Source: Bacteroidales bacterium (GTDB lineage: Bacteria; Bacteroidota; Bacteroidia; Bacteroidales; Azobacteroidaceae). From it: a stretch of 64,000 bases of DNA. Shown here piece after piece: positions 7,886 through 17,600 of this stretch; positions within the stretch are counted from its first letter, which is position 1; the number at the start of each line of letters is the position of its first letter. The DNA is taken from positions 8,925 through 72,924 of the forward strand of contig JAVBMQ010000052.1 in assembly GCA_031552335.1 (NCBI GenBank), given 5' to 3'. The position numbers and the translations under genes were made by a program. Under the pieces are notes generated by a model. It was not told the DNA's origin, searched no databases, and saw only the letters and a program-made list of their open reading frames with translations.

Positions 7886-9268
7886 TTATTTCTTGAATTT
7901 CCAGTAATCAAGGTTGAACAATTCTCCTTCTTTACCTTTAAAGATAAAAAACAAATCATGGCACCCTTTGATTTTATCTACCCGTGTGGAAAATAATTTC
8001 CAATTTTCCCATCCGCCGGTATTACTTATATCACAAACTCCCAGCAATGTACCCTGAAGATCGTCCAGGCGGATTTCGATTGTTCCTCCTGAAGAAGCAC
8101 TTGCAGCACTTATCTCAAATGATTTCGCGCCCTTTTTAAAATCAACACCCTTCAATTGAATATAGTCCCCGTTATGTACCGAAGCAACATACATCCCTAC
8201 TCCATTGTCGTATTCTGTTTTTAGCCCCTGGCTCCAGGAGATGGTTTCCGCTTCGGTTCGTTTATAAGGATTTACCCATTCAACCTGTTCTACAGCTACT
8301 CCGTCGTCCCACCAGGGAAGTTCCCGTATGGTTCCATCCGGATTATACGTCATCTCCGCCACGCAAACCGAACGCCGTTCATGATGTTTGTCCGTCATCA
8401 TGAAATTAAGTCTGAAATTGAATCCGAAAACATAGCTTTTCCCTTTATAATGGATAATTCCCGGATGATTTCCTGTGGCCCTCTTGTCCGGCGGCATGAT
8501 ATACCCTTTGAATTCCCAGGGGCCAGTAGCGCTTTTCCCCATGGAATATCCCATCCCCTCCGGACAACAAGTGCTGGCATAAGCCAAATAATAATGTTCG
8601 TTTCGTTTCCACACCCAGGGTCCTTCCTGATAATGATAAGGGTCTTGTTGTCCCTGAATCTTCCTTACCTTTTCATCTTTGATTATTTCTCCGGAGGTCG
8701 AGATCATATCTTCATTCAGTTTGACATACCAGAGATTCGGATTTCCCCAGTACATATAAGCCTGCCCATCTTCGTCGATAAAAACGGCAGGGTCGATGTC
8801 TTCCCGGCTGTTTTTTATAAGCGGTTTGCCGATGGGATCTACAAATGGCCCATAAGGAGAATCGGCAACCAAAACACCGATGCCCATTCCGCCCGGCATC
8901 GGACAATACAAATAAAATTTTCCATTGCGTTCAATACAATGAGCCGCCCAGGCGCCATTTTCTTTATCCTTCACCCAACTGAAATTTTTCAAAGACGCCA
9001 CAGCCCCATGATCTGTCCAGTTTACCATATCCGTACTCGTGTAAAGCAACCATTCCTTCATGCGGAACTGGCTCTGACCGGCAGGGGCATAATCCTCATC
9101 ATGTCCTGTGTACAGGAATACCGTATCCTTATATACCATCGGAGCCGGATCGGCTGTGAAACTGGTCTGAACGACCGGCTTTTGGGCATTCAACATCACA
9201 GGATAGATAATACCCAGCAATAGTGCGATTAAAAAAGTTTTTGTTTTTATATTTGTTATCATTGTCAT
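7886..9268 (-). CDS. GH43 arabinofuranosidase/xylosidase with a C-terminal CBM6-like module
   Basis: The track ORF is 7886-9334. The start was moved to ATG 9268, which gives the signal peptide MTMITNIKTKTFLIALLLGIIYPVMLNAQ. GH43 motifs: FTADPAPMVYKDTVFLYTGHDED and EGPWVWKRNEHYYLAY. C-terminal CBM6-like region: GDYIQLKGVDFKKGAKSFEISAASASSGGTIEIRLD...GGWENWKLF. Confidence 0.8.
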   Translation of the reverse strand: MTMITNIKTKTFLIALLLGIIYPVMLNAQKPVVQTSFTADPAPMVYKDTVFLYTGHDEDYAPAGQSQFRMKEWLLYTSTDMVNWTDHGAVASLKNFSWVKDKENGAWAAHCIERNGKFYLYCPMPGGMGIGVLVADSPYGPFVDPIGKPLIKNSREDIDPAVFIDEDGQAYMYWGNPNLWYVKLNEDMISTSGEIIKDEKVRKIQGQQDPYHYQEGPWVWKRNEHYYLAYASTCCPEGMGYSMGKSATGPWEFKGYIMPPDKRATGNHPGIIHYKGKSYVFGFNFRLNFMMTDKHHERRSVCVAEMTYNPDGTIRELPWWDDGVAVEQVEWVNPYKRTEAETISWSQGLKTEYDNGVGMYVASVHNGDYIQLKGVDFKKGAKSFEISAASASSGGTIEIRLDDLQGTLLGVCDISNTGGWENWKLFSTRVDKIKGCHDLFFIFKGKEGELFNLDYWKFKK

Positions 9269-9357
9269 CTTTATACAATATGAATATTCACTGTTTACGG
9301 TGGAAGCCGGACATATCACCCCAAATAATGTCAAATAAATTTCTTCATATGACTTAT

Positions 9358-10956
9358 TTATGCTAAAAATATCTTAAAAACGAGTGCAATATCGTTCGTT
9401 TTATTCGCGGGAAGTTTTATTGTCAATCCATCTTGATTGCGGCTAACGATATCCAATTTGCCATGGCCGAGCAATTCAACTTTTTTCACTTTTCTTTTAT
9501 AATTGGGAGAAGAAGCGGCTAAACTCTTTAATGTTACACTTCCGTCATCAGGACATCCCATCACCGTTGCATACAGGATATTACCTTTTACCACATACCG
9601 GATGTCTTTGTCTGAATATTTTATATTTTCGTTAAACCCTTGAGCTTTTATAGGATTTGGGTTATCTACAGTAGGACCTTCTCCATATACGTTCCACGGT
9701 CTTGTACCGTAAATACTTTCTTTGTTTATGTCCATCCAGTCAGCAATACCTTTAAGAATAGCCTCTTCCTTATCATCGATTGTTCCGTCACCCCTCATAG
9801 GTACACTTAACAGCAGATTTCCATTTTTACTTACGATATCGACAAGCATGTGAATTACTGTTTTTGCCGATTTATACTTGTTATTGTCATAAAAAGACGT
9901 TTCGTAATGCCAGGTGCCTAAACAGGAACATGTTTGCCAGTATTTTTCCTGTATTTTGTCTGGAATACCCCGTTCAATATCCCAAACCATACACTGTTTT
10001 TGATCTTCATTCAGAACTTTACCCAGAATAACAGTTTCCTGGATTCCGTTTTCTTTCAGGCTTTTATTGTATGCATGCGCAGCAATACGAGGACCTACAT
10101 TGTTTATCGGATAAAAAGGCAATACCGTATCATCAAAATATATCACGTCGGGATTATATCGATTGATAGCATCGATGGTTCTGTTGTAAAATTTATTGCA
10201 ATACTCATCAGAAGGTTGGGATGCTCCATTACCCCAATTCCATTGCGAATGAATCTTATTAATATTACTGCTGCCTGTACTGCGGGGATGATTTTGAGCA
10301 TATAAATCCTGAGGATCATAACCTTCCCACCATTTTCCGGCGCCGTCCGCAAGGGTCAGGTTTCCGTCAAAATCCTGAGATCCTTCATACCACGTCCATG
10401 CATGCGAAGCATGGATACTGATACCGAAAGGTAACTTGTTATCCTTAGCAACTTTGGCCCATTCGGCTAATATATCCCGTTTAGGTCCCATATTTACCGA
10501 GTTCCACGGTTGGTATTTGCTGTCCCACAAGTCCATGTTGTCATGATGGTTGGCAAGCGCCACAAAGTATTGTGCCCCAGTTCTTTTGAAGAGAGTAACT
10601 AATCTTTTTGGGTCCCATTTGTCGGCTTTCCAAATGTTAATCACATCTTTGAATCCGAAATCTTTCGGGTCTCCGTATTTTGAAACATGGGTATCATATT
10701 TCCATTGTCCGGGATAATACATGCTACGCGCATACCAATCGCCAGCTTCCGGTTCACATTGAGGTCCCCAATGCGCCCAAATACCAAACTTTGCATTCTG
10801 AAACCATTCCGGAGCTTCCCTATATTGTTTCAAAGACTCCCACGATGCCTCGTAGATGCCCGTTTCCATCGGTTCGACCCCTATATTTTTTTTATTTTGA
10901 GCGTTTAGTGTCGAAAACACAAACACAACAAGAAATAAACTTTTGACTGTTTTCAT
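9358..10956 (-). CDS. GH29 alpha-L-fucosidase (short paralogue)
   Basis: The track ORF is 9358-11034. The start was moved to ATG 10956 (MKTVKSLFLVVFVFSTLNAQ). GH29 motifs: PEWFQNAKFGIWAHWGPQ, YFVALANHHDNMDLWDS and VWDIERG. Confidence 0.85.
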   Translation of the reverse strand: MKTVKSLFLVVFVFSTLNAQNKKNIGVEPMETGIYEASWESLKQYREAPEWFQNAKFGIWAHWGPQCEPEAGDWYARSMYYPGQWKYDTHVSKYGDPKDFGFKDVINIWKADKWDPKRLVTLFKRTGAQYFVALANHHDNMDLWDSKYQPWNSVNMGPKRDILAEWAKVAKDNKLPFGISIHASHAWTWYEGSQDFDGNLTLADGAGKWWEGYDPQDLYAQNHPRSTGSSNINKIHSQWNWGNGASQPSDEYCNKFYNRTIDAINRYNPDVIYFDDTVLPFYPINNVGPRIAAHAYNKSLKENGIQETVILGKVLNEDQKQCMVWDIERGIPDKIQEKYWQTCSCLGTWHYETSFYDNNKYKSAKTVIHMLVDIVSKNGNLLLSVPMRGDGTIDDKEEAILKGIADWMDINKESIYGTRPWNVYGEGPTVDNPNPIKAQGFNENIKYSDKDIRYVVKGNILYATVMGCPDDGSVTLKSLAASSPNYKRKVKKVELLGHGKLDIVSRNQDGLTIKLPANKTNDIALVFKIFLA

Positions 10957-11070
10957 ACGTATTTCATTATTAAGAACCATAGATCTACAAAGGACGAAAA
11001 TATATTTGAGAGCAATTAGGATATTTTGAACCAAATCCTAATACATTTTAGATACAAATAAGGTTCATCC
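9358..11070. repeat. Segmental duplication copy A (GH29 catalytic module plus ~110 bp of upstream DNA)
   Basis: Colinear with 12690-14420. The proteins are identical at most positions by eye. Shared upstream blocks are ACGTATTTCATT...ACAAAG.ACG.AAATATATTTGAGAG..ATTAGG...CTAATACATTTT.GATA. Confidence 0.8.
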
Positions 11071-11112
11071 GACAAATGGATCGTTTTTATCGTAAAGAGC
11101 AAAAATTTTCAA

Positions 11113-11151
11113 GACAAAAAAACTCTGAAAACCGGTTGGTTTTCAGAGTTT
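11113..11151 (-). terminator. Rho-independent terminator after the long GH29 gene
   Basis: Perfect 14-bp stem AAACTCTGAAAACC / GGTTTTCAGAGTTT with a 4-nt loop. On the minus strand it is followed by a U-run (TTTTTTTGTCTT). It lies 54 nt downstream of the stop at 11205. Confidence 0.8.
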
Positions 11152-11204
11152 GCTTCAAATCTTATTTTTGCCAGATATAACTAAAACCACACGTATTACA
11201 TTTT

Positions 11205-14200
11205 TTATAAAGCAATAACTTTAGTTACAATCACCTTTTCACCATTCTGTATTCTAACTATATATGTACCTGCTTTTACCGGCATTTTTATTTGTCCATC
11301 AATATTTGATTTATAATCAATCATCATTCCATTGATTGAATAAAAAGAAACATTTTCTCTACCGTTTAATCCTTCAACTATGATATTTCCTTTATCATAA
11401 TAAATGCTATATGTATCTATAGTTGAATAATTAATACGATTCAAATTTTCATGAGTAAAACGGACAGAAGATATTGATGAAGCATGATTTTTGTATTTTA
11501 CAGAAACCTTATATACTCCGGTAATATCGGGCAGTTCAATTTCCGATTCTCTAAAAATAGAAGAAGATATTGTTTTAATAGCAGGAACAGAAAAAATTGG
11601 CTGTGTTTCTTTATCCAGATAAAAATCAAATTTAGTAGATTCACTCACATTCTGGCTATTAGCAGTGCTGATAAATACTTTATTGTATCTATTATTTTCA
11701 AAATTAATCTCTCCTAAATATATTTGAGTATTATTCTTTCCGACAAGATAACCTTTGTTATTTGATTGTATTTTATATTCAGCATTGAATACTTGCGCAA
11801 ATTCGTTCATATTAATAACCATATCTTTATCCTGATCTGCGGATATAGCTTCCTCTGTCACATATGCCTCTCCATCCTGTAATATTCTTAAAAGAACGAC
11901 TTCTTTAACCCTGAACTCGTTGGTATTCGATGCTGTCAGGTCACAGACCCACCCCAGGTTCAGTTCTGTTTCTTCTGCAATTGTGAATTTAATCCCAAAA
12001 ATTGAATCATTGTCATTCTCTTCCCCTTTTGAAACATCATAGCCCGTTGTAATATTATGAAATGCCAACGCTTTTAAATCAATATCCGGTACAGTTGGAA
12101 GTGTTTTCGATGCAAATATATACGCATTTTGTGTTTTAAACATGGTCTGATAAGAAGCTCCAAAATAATATTTTCCTGCCGGCAATGTTACTTTTCTGTA
12201 TATTTTCGCATCCTCAATATTTCCCGTAGCATCGTTCCATAATCCAAGCATCAAAGTATTGTATCCGGGATATTTATCAATGCCCTGTTTTGTACCATCT
12301 CCCCCTTTCGGAATATTGAAATTCTCGACATTCCAATATTTAGGTTTCCCGAATCGAGTGGTCGTATTGGTTTCACGGGAAAAATTGCGGACTTCATTCA
12401 AATATTTGACAGTAATATTTTGTGTATAAGGCAATGTTTTGATATTGGGTCCTGTGGATCTTTTGCTTGAAGCAAATTTCGCAAACGCCGATTGAAGGAG
12501 GTTAAACGAAGACTTGATAACCTCATCTCCACTTTCAGCAGTAATATCTTTAACTGAATTAAATGCTTCTTCAAATTCTAATATCGGGGCATCCTGATAT
12601 TGTCCCGTATTATCTCCCACATTTTCTTTTGCCGCAAGAATAATCGACTGTGTTTCTGAGATAAGGTCGCTGAGATCGCTGAAATCAATGGAGTCAAAGG
12701 ATATTTTGAAAACAATGCCGATATCGCTCATTTTAGTAGTTGGAAGCTTTATGGCCAATCCTTCTTTATTGCGTCCGATAATATCCAATTCACCGTCGTG
12801 GCCGATCAATTCCACTTTTTTTACTTTTCCCGTATAATGGGGCGAGATAGTACCTAAGGTCTTTAAAGTCGCTTTTCCGTTATCAGGCCATCCCATCACC
12901 GTTGCATACAGAGTATCCTCTTTTACCACATACCGTACGTCTTTGTTTGTATATACTAAGCCTTCGTTAAACCCTTGATCTCTTAAGGGATTTGAGTTAG
13001 TAGGACCTTCTCCAAACACTTTCCATGGCCTTGTGTCGTAAATACTCTCTTTGTTTATGTCCATCCAATCTGCAATCCCTTTAAGAATAGCCTCTTCTTT
13101 ATCATCTATTGTACCGTTACCTCTGATCGGCACACTTAAAAGCAGGTTCCCATTCTTACTTACTATGTCAACAAGCATATGAATCACCGTCTTTGCCGAT
13201 TTATATCGATTACCGTTGTAAAAAGATTGTGCGTAATGCCAAGTACCCAAACATGAACATGTTTGCCAGTACTTTTCCTGTATTCTGTCGGGAATACCCC
13301 GTTCAATATCCCAAACCATACATTCTTTTTGACTTTCATTCAGAACTTTACCTAAAACAACAGCTTTCTGGGTTCCGTTTTCTTTCAGGCTTTTGTTGTA
13401 TGTATGCGCAACAATACGGGGGCCTATATTATTTATCGGATAAAAAGGCAAGGTAGTGTCATCAAAATAGATCAAATCCGGATTGTATGTATTGATGGCA
13501 TCAAGGGTTCTGTTGTAAAATGTATTGCAATACTCATCAGAAGGTTGGGATGCTCCATTACCCCAGGCCCATTGTGAGTGAATCTGATTAATATTAGTGT
13601 AGCCTGAACTGGGAGTGTGATTTTGAGCATATAAATCCTGCGGGTCATAACCTTCCCACCAATTTCCGGCGCCATCGGCAAGGGTCAGGTTTCCGTCATA
13701 TCTCTGAGATCCTTCGTACCATGTCCATGCATGCGAAGCGTGGATACTGATACCAAAAGGCAATCCGTTATTTTTTGCGGCCTTAGACCAGTCTCCCAAC
13801 AAGTCTCGTTTAGGTCCCATATTTACAGAGTTCCACGGTTGATACTTACTGTCCCATAAATCCATGTTGTCGTGATGATTAGCCAGTGCCACAAAGTACT
13901 GTCCTCCGGTCCTTTTGAAAAGAGCAACTAATTTTTCAGGATCCCATTTATCGGCTTTCCAGACGTTAATCACATCTTTGAATCCGAAGACACTCGGATC
14001 CCCATACTTCGAAACATGTGTGTTATATTGACCGCTTCCGGGAAAATACATAGCTCGTGCATACCAGTCGCCATCTTCCGGTTCACATTGAGGACCCCAG
14101 TGGGCCCAAATACCAAATTTTGCATTCTGAAACCATTCCGGAGCTTCTCCATATTGTTTTAAAGACTCCCACGATCCCTCGTAAATACCCGCTTCCATAG

Positions 14201-14285
14201 GTTCAATCTCCGTACTTTTTGTATTTTGGGCGTTTACTACCGAAAATACAAATAAAAAAAGGAATAAGCTTTTGATTGTTTTCAT
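11205..14285 (-). CDS. GH29 alpha-L-fucosidase (long paralogue) with a ~500-aa C-terminal extension: FIVAR-like helical segment, CBM-like beta-sandwiches and a T9SS C-terminal sorting domain
   Basis: 1026 aa. The N-terminal ~530 aa is colinear with ORF 9358-10956. The extension contains KYWNVENF...LPAGKYYFGASYQ (sandwich module). It ends YSINGMMIDYKSNIDGQIKMPVKAGTYIVRIQNGEKVIVTKVIAL, which is typical of a Por/T9SS CTD. Confidence 0.85.
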   Translation of the reverse strand: MKTIKSLFLFLFVFSVVNAQNTKSTEIEPMEAGIYEGSWESLKQYGEAPEWFQNAKFGIWAHWGPQCEPEDGDWYARAMYFPGSGQYNTHVSKYGDPSVFGFKDVINVWKADKWDPEKLVALFKRTGGQYFVALANHHDNMDLWDSKYQPWNSVNMGPKRDLLGDWSKAAKNNGLPFGISIHASHAWTWYEGSQRYDGNLTLADGAGNWWEGYDPQDLYAQNHTPSSGYTNINQIHSQWAWGNGASQPSDEYCNTFYNRTLDAINTYNPDLIYFDDTTLPFYPINNIGPRIVAHTYNKSLKENGTQKAVVLGKVLNESQKECMVWDIERGIPDRIQEKYWQTCSCLGTWHYAQSFYNGNRYKSAKTVIHMLVDIVSKNGNLLLSVPIRGNGTIDDKEEAILKGIADWMDINKESIYDTRPWKVFGEGPTNSNPLRDQGFNEGLVYTNKDVRYVVKEDTLYATVMGWPDNGKATLKTLGTISPHYTGKVKKVELIGHDGELDIIGRNKEGLAIKLPTTKMSDIGIVFKISFDSIDFSDLSDLISETQSIILAAKENVGDNTGQYQDAPILEFEEAFNSVKDITAESGDEVIKSSFNLLQSAFAKFASSKRSTGPNIKTLPYTQNITVKYLNEVRNFSRETNTTTRFGKPKYWNVENFNIPKGGDGTKQGIDKYPGYNTLMLGLWNDATGNIEDAKIYRKVTLPAGKYYFGASYQTMFKTQNAYIFASKTLPTVPDIDLKALAFHNITTGYDVSKGEENDNDSIFGIKFTIAEETELNLGWVCDLTASNTNEFRVKEVVLLRILQDGEAYVTEEAISADQDKDMVINMNEFAQVFNAEYKIQSNNKGYLVGKNNTQIYLGEINFENNRYNKVFISTANSQNVSESTKFDFYLDKETQPIFSVPAIKTISSSIFRESEIELPDITGVYKVSVKYKNHASSISSVRFTHENLNRINYSTIDTYSIYYDKGNIIVEGLNGRENVSFYSINGMMIDYKSNIDGQIKMPVKAGTYIVRIQNGEKVIVTKVIAL

Positions 14286-14420
14286 ACGTATTTCATTTAA
14301 AATTTGTATCTAATTTGTTTTTAGTTAAGCCATAGGCTTACAAAGAACGGAAATATATTTGAGAGTGATTAGGCTGTTTTAAAACAAATGCTAATACATT
14401 TTGGATAATAATAACTTTAT
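12690..14420. repeat. Segmental duplication copy B (partner of 9358-11070)
   Basis: See copy A. The boundaries are approximate. Confidence 0.8.
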
Positions 14421-14558
14421 CTGTAAAATCCTGAATACCTGAGTCTTCATCCATAAAATGAGTAAAAACTCAGGTATTATCAATGTTTTTACTACGAATG
14501 ATTCATTTTACCCTATCATTTGGAGCAATAAACCACAACTTAAAAGTTCAGATTTTTT

Positions 14559-14566
14559 TATATTTG
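14559..14566 (+). promoter_or_regulatory. Candidate -7 box TATATTTG for the GH43/GH31/GH43/GH97 operon
   Basis: Exact TAnnTTTG match, 43 nt upstream of ATG 14610. Confidence 0.45.
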
Positions 14567-14609
14567 CATCGAAATATAATCAGGAGGAATCAAATCTAAC
14601 TTTTTAATC

Positions 14610-17600
14610 ATGAAAAACAACATCATTTTATTTTTTTTAATTACTTTCCAATCTCTGTATATTACAAATTTGTCAGCACAAAATTCATTCAAATGGGGCA
14701 TGTGGGAAAAATGGGGGGAACAACCGGACGGGATGTATTATAACCCCGTACTACCTGCTGATTTCAGCGATTTAGATTGCATTCGCGTTGGAGAAGATTA
14801 TTATGCCATCACATCCACTTTTCAATACTCTCCGGGAATGGCTATATTACATTCCAAAGATCTTGTCAACTGGAATATTATAGGTCATGCCGTAGAAGAT
14901 ATACGTCAGATAGGACCTGATATGAATTGGGACAAAATGAATCGCTATGGCAGAGGTATATGGGCAGGTTCGATACGTTACCATGACGAAAAATTCTATG
15001 TCCTTTTCGGTACGCCTGAGGAGGGATTCTTTACTACCTGGGCAGAAAAACCGGAAGGACCGTGGGCTCCTTTAACCAATATTCTTCCGGAACCGGGTTG
15101 GGATGACTGTTGTGCAATATGGGATGAAAACGGACAGGCATATTTCATCGGAACACATTTCAAAGGAGGTTATCGTACTTATATTTTCAAAATGGCTGCC
15201 GATTGCAGCTCAATAGACAGAAACAGTGCCGTGCTTATAAACCAGGGAAACGGACGGGAAGCAAGTAAACTTATTAAAGTAAACGACTGGTATTATCTGA
15301 TATACAGCGTAGTAGAAAATAATGTCAGATTTATGGTTGGCAAACGTGCGAAAAGCATCTCCGGTCCATGGAGCGAAGAAAAACAATTAATGGCTTACAA
15401 CCAGGAATCAAATGAACCTAATCAGGGCGGTATTATTGAAGGTCCCGACGGAAATTGGTACTTTTTCACACATCATGGAAGAGGAGATTGGGATGGAAGG
15501 TGTGCCAGTCTTTTACCTGTTACCTGGATAAACGAATGGCCAATCATGGGAAAAGTCGGAGAAGATGGATTAGGATATATGGTATGGTCCGGTAAAATGC
15601 CTGTAAATAAGGCTTATCAAAAAAAGAAACCATTCTTCGATGATTTCAAATCAAAAAAACTGGATGCTAATTGGGAATGGAATTATTATCCGCGTAACAA
15701 GATGTGGTCCCTTACCGATAAAAAGGGATATTTAAGAATGAGGGCCGTAAAGCCTTTGGCAAATAATAATCTGAAGAAAATACCTAATATATTAACACAA
15801 CGAATATATAGAACACCTCAAAGCGAAGTTACCGTAAAAATGAATCTTCAGGGAATGGAAGACGGACAAATTGCAGGTCTGTGTCATTACGCCAGAACCT
15901 CAGCATACATCGGAGTTTCTAATACAAGCGGAAAAATGAATATCATTTTCAATGAGAACGGCAGATCTGAAACTATCGAAATCGGACACACCCGAAACAT
16001 ATGGTTCCGTTCTGTTTGGGGACTCGATGGCATAAGCAGATTCTCCTATAGTACTGATGGAAAAACATTCACCGGATTTGGAACTCCTTACCCATTCACA
16101 TGGGGAGATTACCGGGGAACAAGAGTCGGAATATTCACTTGTAACGAAAAGAATGAAAACGGTTATATTGATGTTGATTACTTCGAATACAAAAATAGAA
16201 TAATAACGATGAATTTGAACATTTTATTTCAGAGTAAGTGGCTATCTAAGGCAATAATAGGAATAATATTCTGCTTAACAACTATATATACTTATGCCGG
16301 AAATCATCCGGAATATGTCATATTACAGAATGGAGCCCAATTTCAAACAGAACAAGGACTTCTGCGCATAGAATTTGTATCGCCGGAAATTGTAAGGGTA
16401 CAATATACCAAAGAGATAAACTTTCTGGGAAACGGAACAATTGTGTGTGTTGAACGATCTGTAAAAAGGGTATCATTTCAGACTAAGAAAATTGATAATA
16501 ATTTGGTATTGTCATCGGATAGTCTGATTGTCCAGATTCATTTAAAAAACTATTCAATCATTTATAAAGACACAAAAACGAATCAAATATTATTATCAGA
16601 AAAAAATGATAATCCTCGGGAAGGAGAACGAATCTATACAGAAAACGTAACATATGACAAACAAAGTAAACGAATAGTAAAGACAGCTGACGGTGAGAAG
16701 GAAGTTATGGATGAACTTCGTCGGGATACAATCGGATACAGTTGGAAGTTTCGTAATCACTTTCAATGGACAGATAAAGAGGCGATTTATGGCTTAGGTT
16801 CGCATATGGAAGATTACCTGAATTTAAGAGGAAAAGAAGTTTTTTTATGCCAGCATAATTTAAAAGCTATGGTTCCGGTTATAAATTCAACAGCCGGATA
16901 TGGCTTGTTATTTGATGCAGGTTGCGGGATGGTTTATACAGATAAAGGAGAAAATAGCTTTATTGAATTAGAAGCAGCCAAACAAATTGATTATTATTTC
17001 ATGAAAGGAACCACTATGGATGAAGTAATAAAACAATATCGCATACTTACCGGAGACTCACCAATGATGCCTCGTTATATATTCGGTTACATTCAATCTA
17101 AAGAACGATACAAAAGCTCTAAAGAGGTAACTGATGTGGTAACAGAATACCGTAAACGTCAGGTGCCGTTGGATGTTATTGTTCAAGACTGGAATTACTG
17201 GCCTCAGGGCTGGGGATATATGAAGATGAACCCTAAGTATTATCCGAATCCGGCAAATTTGGCTGATTCTGTCCATGCTATGAATGCTAAACTGATGATT
17301 TCTATCTGGCCTAATCCTACAAACTGCCCGCAAGCTGATGATTTTAAGAAAAGGGGGTTCATGCTCGAACGTTCCATCTATGATGCTTATAATCCATTGG
17401 CACGTAGATATTATTGGGAATATGCAGATAATGAGTTCTTTAATAATGGATTTGATGCCTGGTGGTGTGATTGTACAGAGCCACTTGATGCTGATTGGAC
17501 TAAAATGAGAGAAGACTACGGGTGGGATAACCACCGGGAACGCTGGGAAAACAATCTGGCCTTGTTGAGTGATGTATTAGGAGCCGAGCGCAGCAGTACT

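Noticed and set aside
5645-9223. Long off-frame or antisense ORFs inside GH genes, such as 5956-6324, 6553-7116 (187 aa), 7123-7314 and 8381-9223 (280 aa).
   Set aside because: They lie entirely within, and mostly antisense to, ORFs with strong GH motifs. Their sequences are low-complexity and Arg/Cys/Ile-rich with no start context. Such ORFs are typical of GC-richer coding DNA.
14433-14478. An 11-bp inverted repeat (AATACCTGAGT / ACTCAGGTATT, 23-nt loop) in the GH29/GH43 divergent region, considered as another operator.
   Set aside because: It has no consistent spacing to any -7 box and is unrelated to the box seen at 35.7 and 45.4 kb. It may be a 5'-UTR hairpin, but I cannot support a function.
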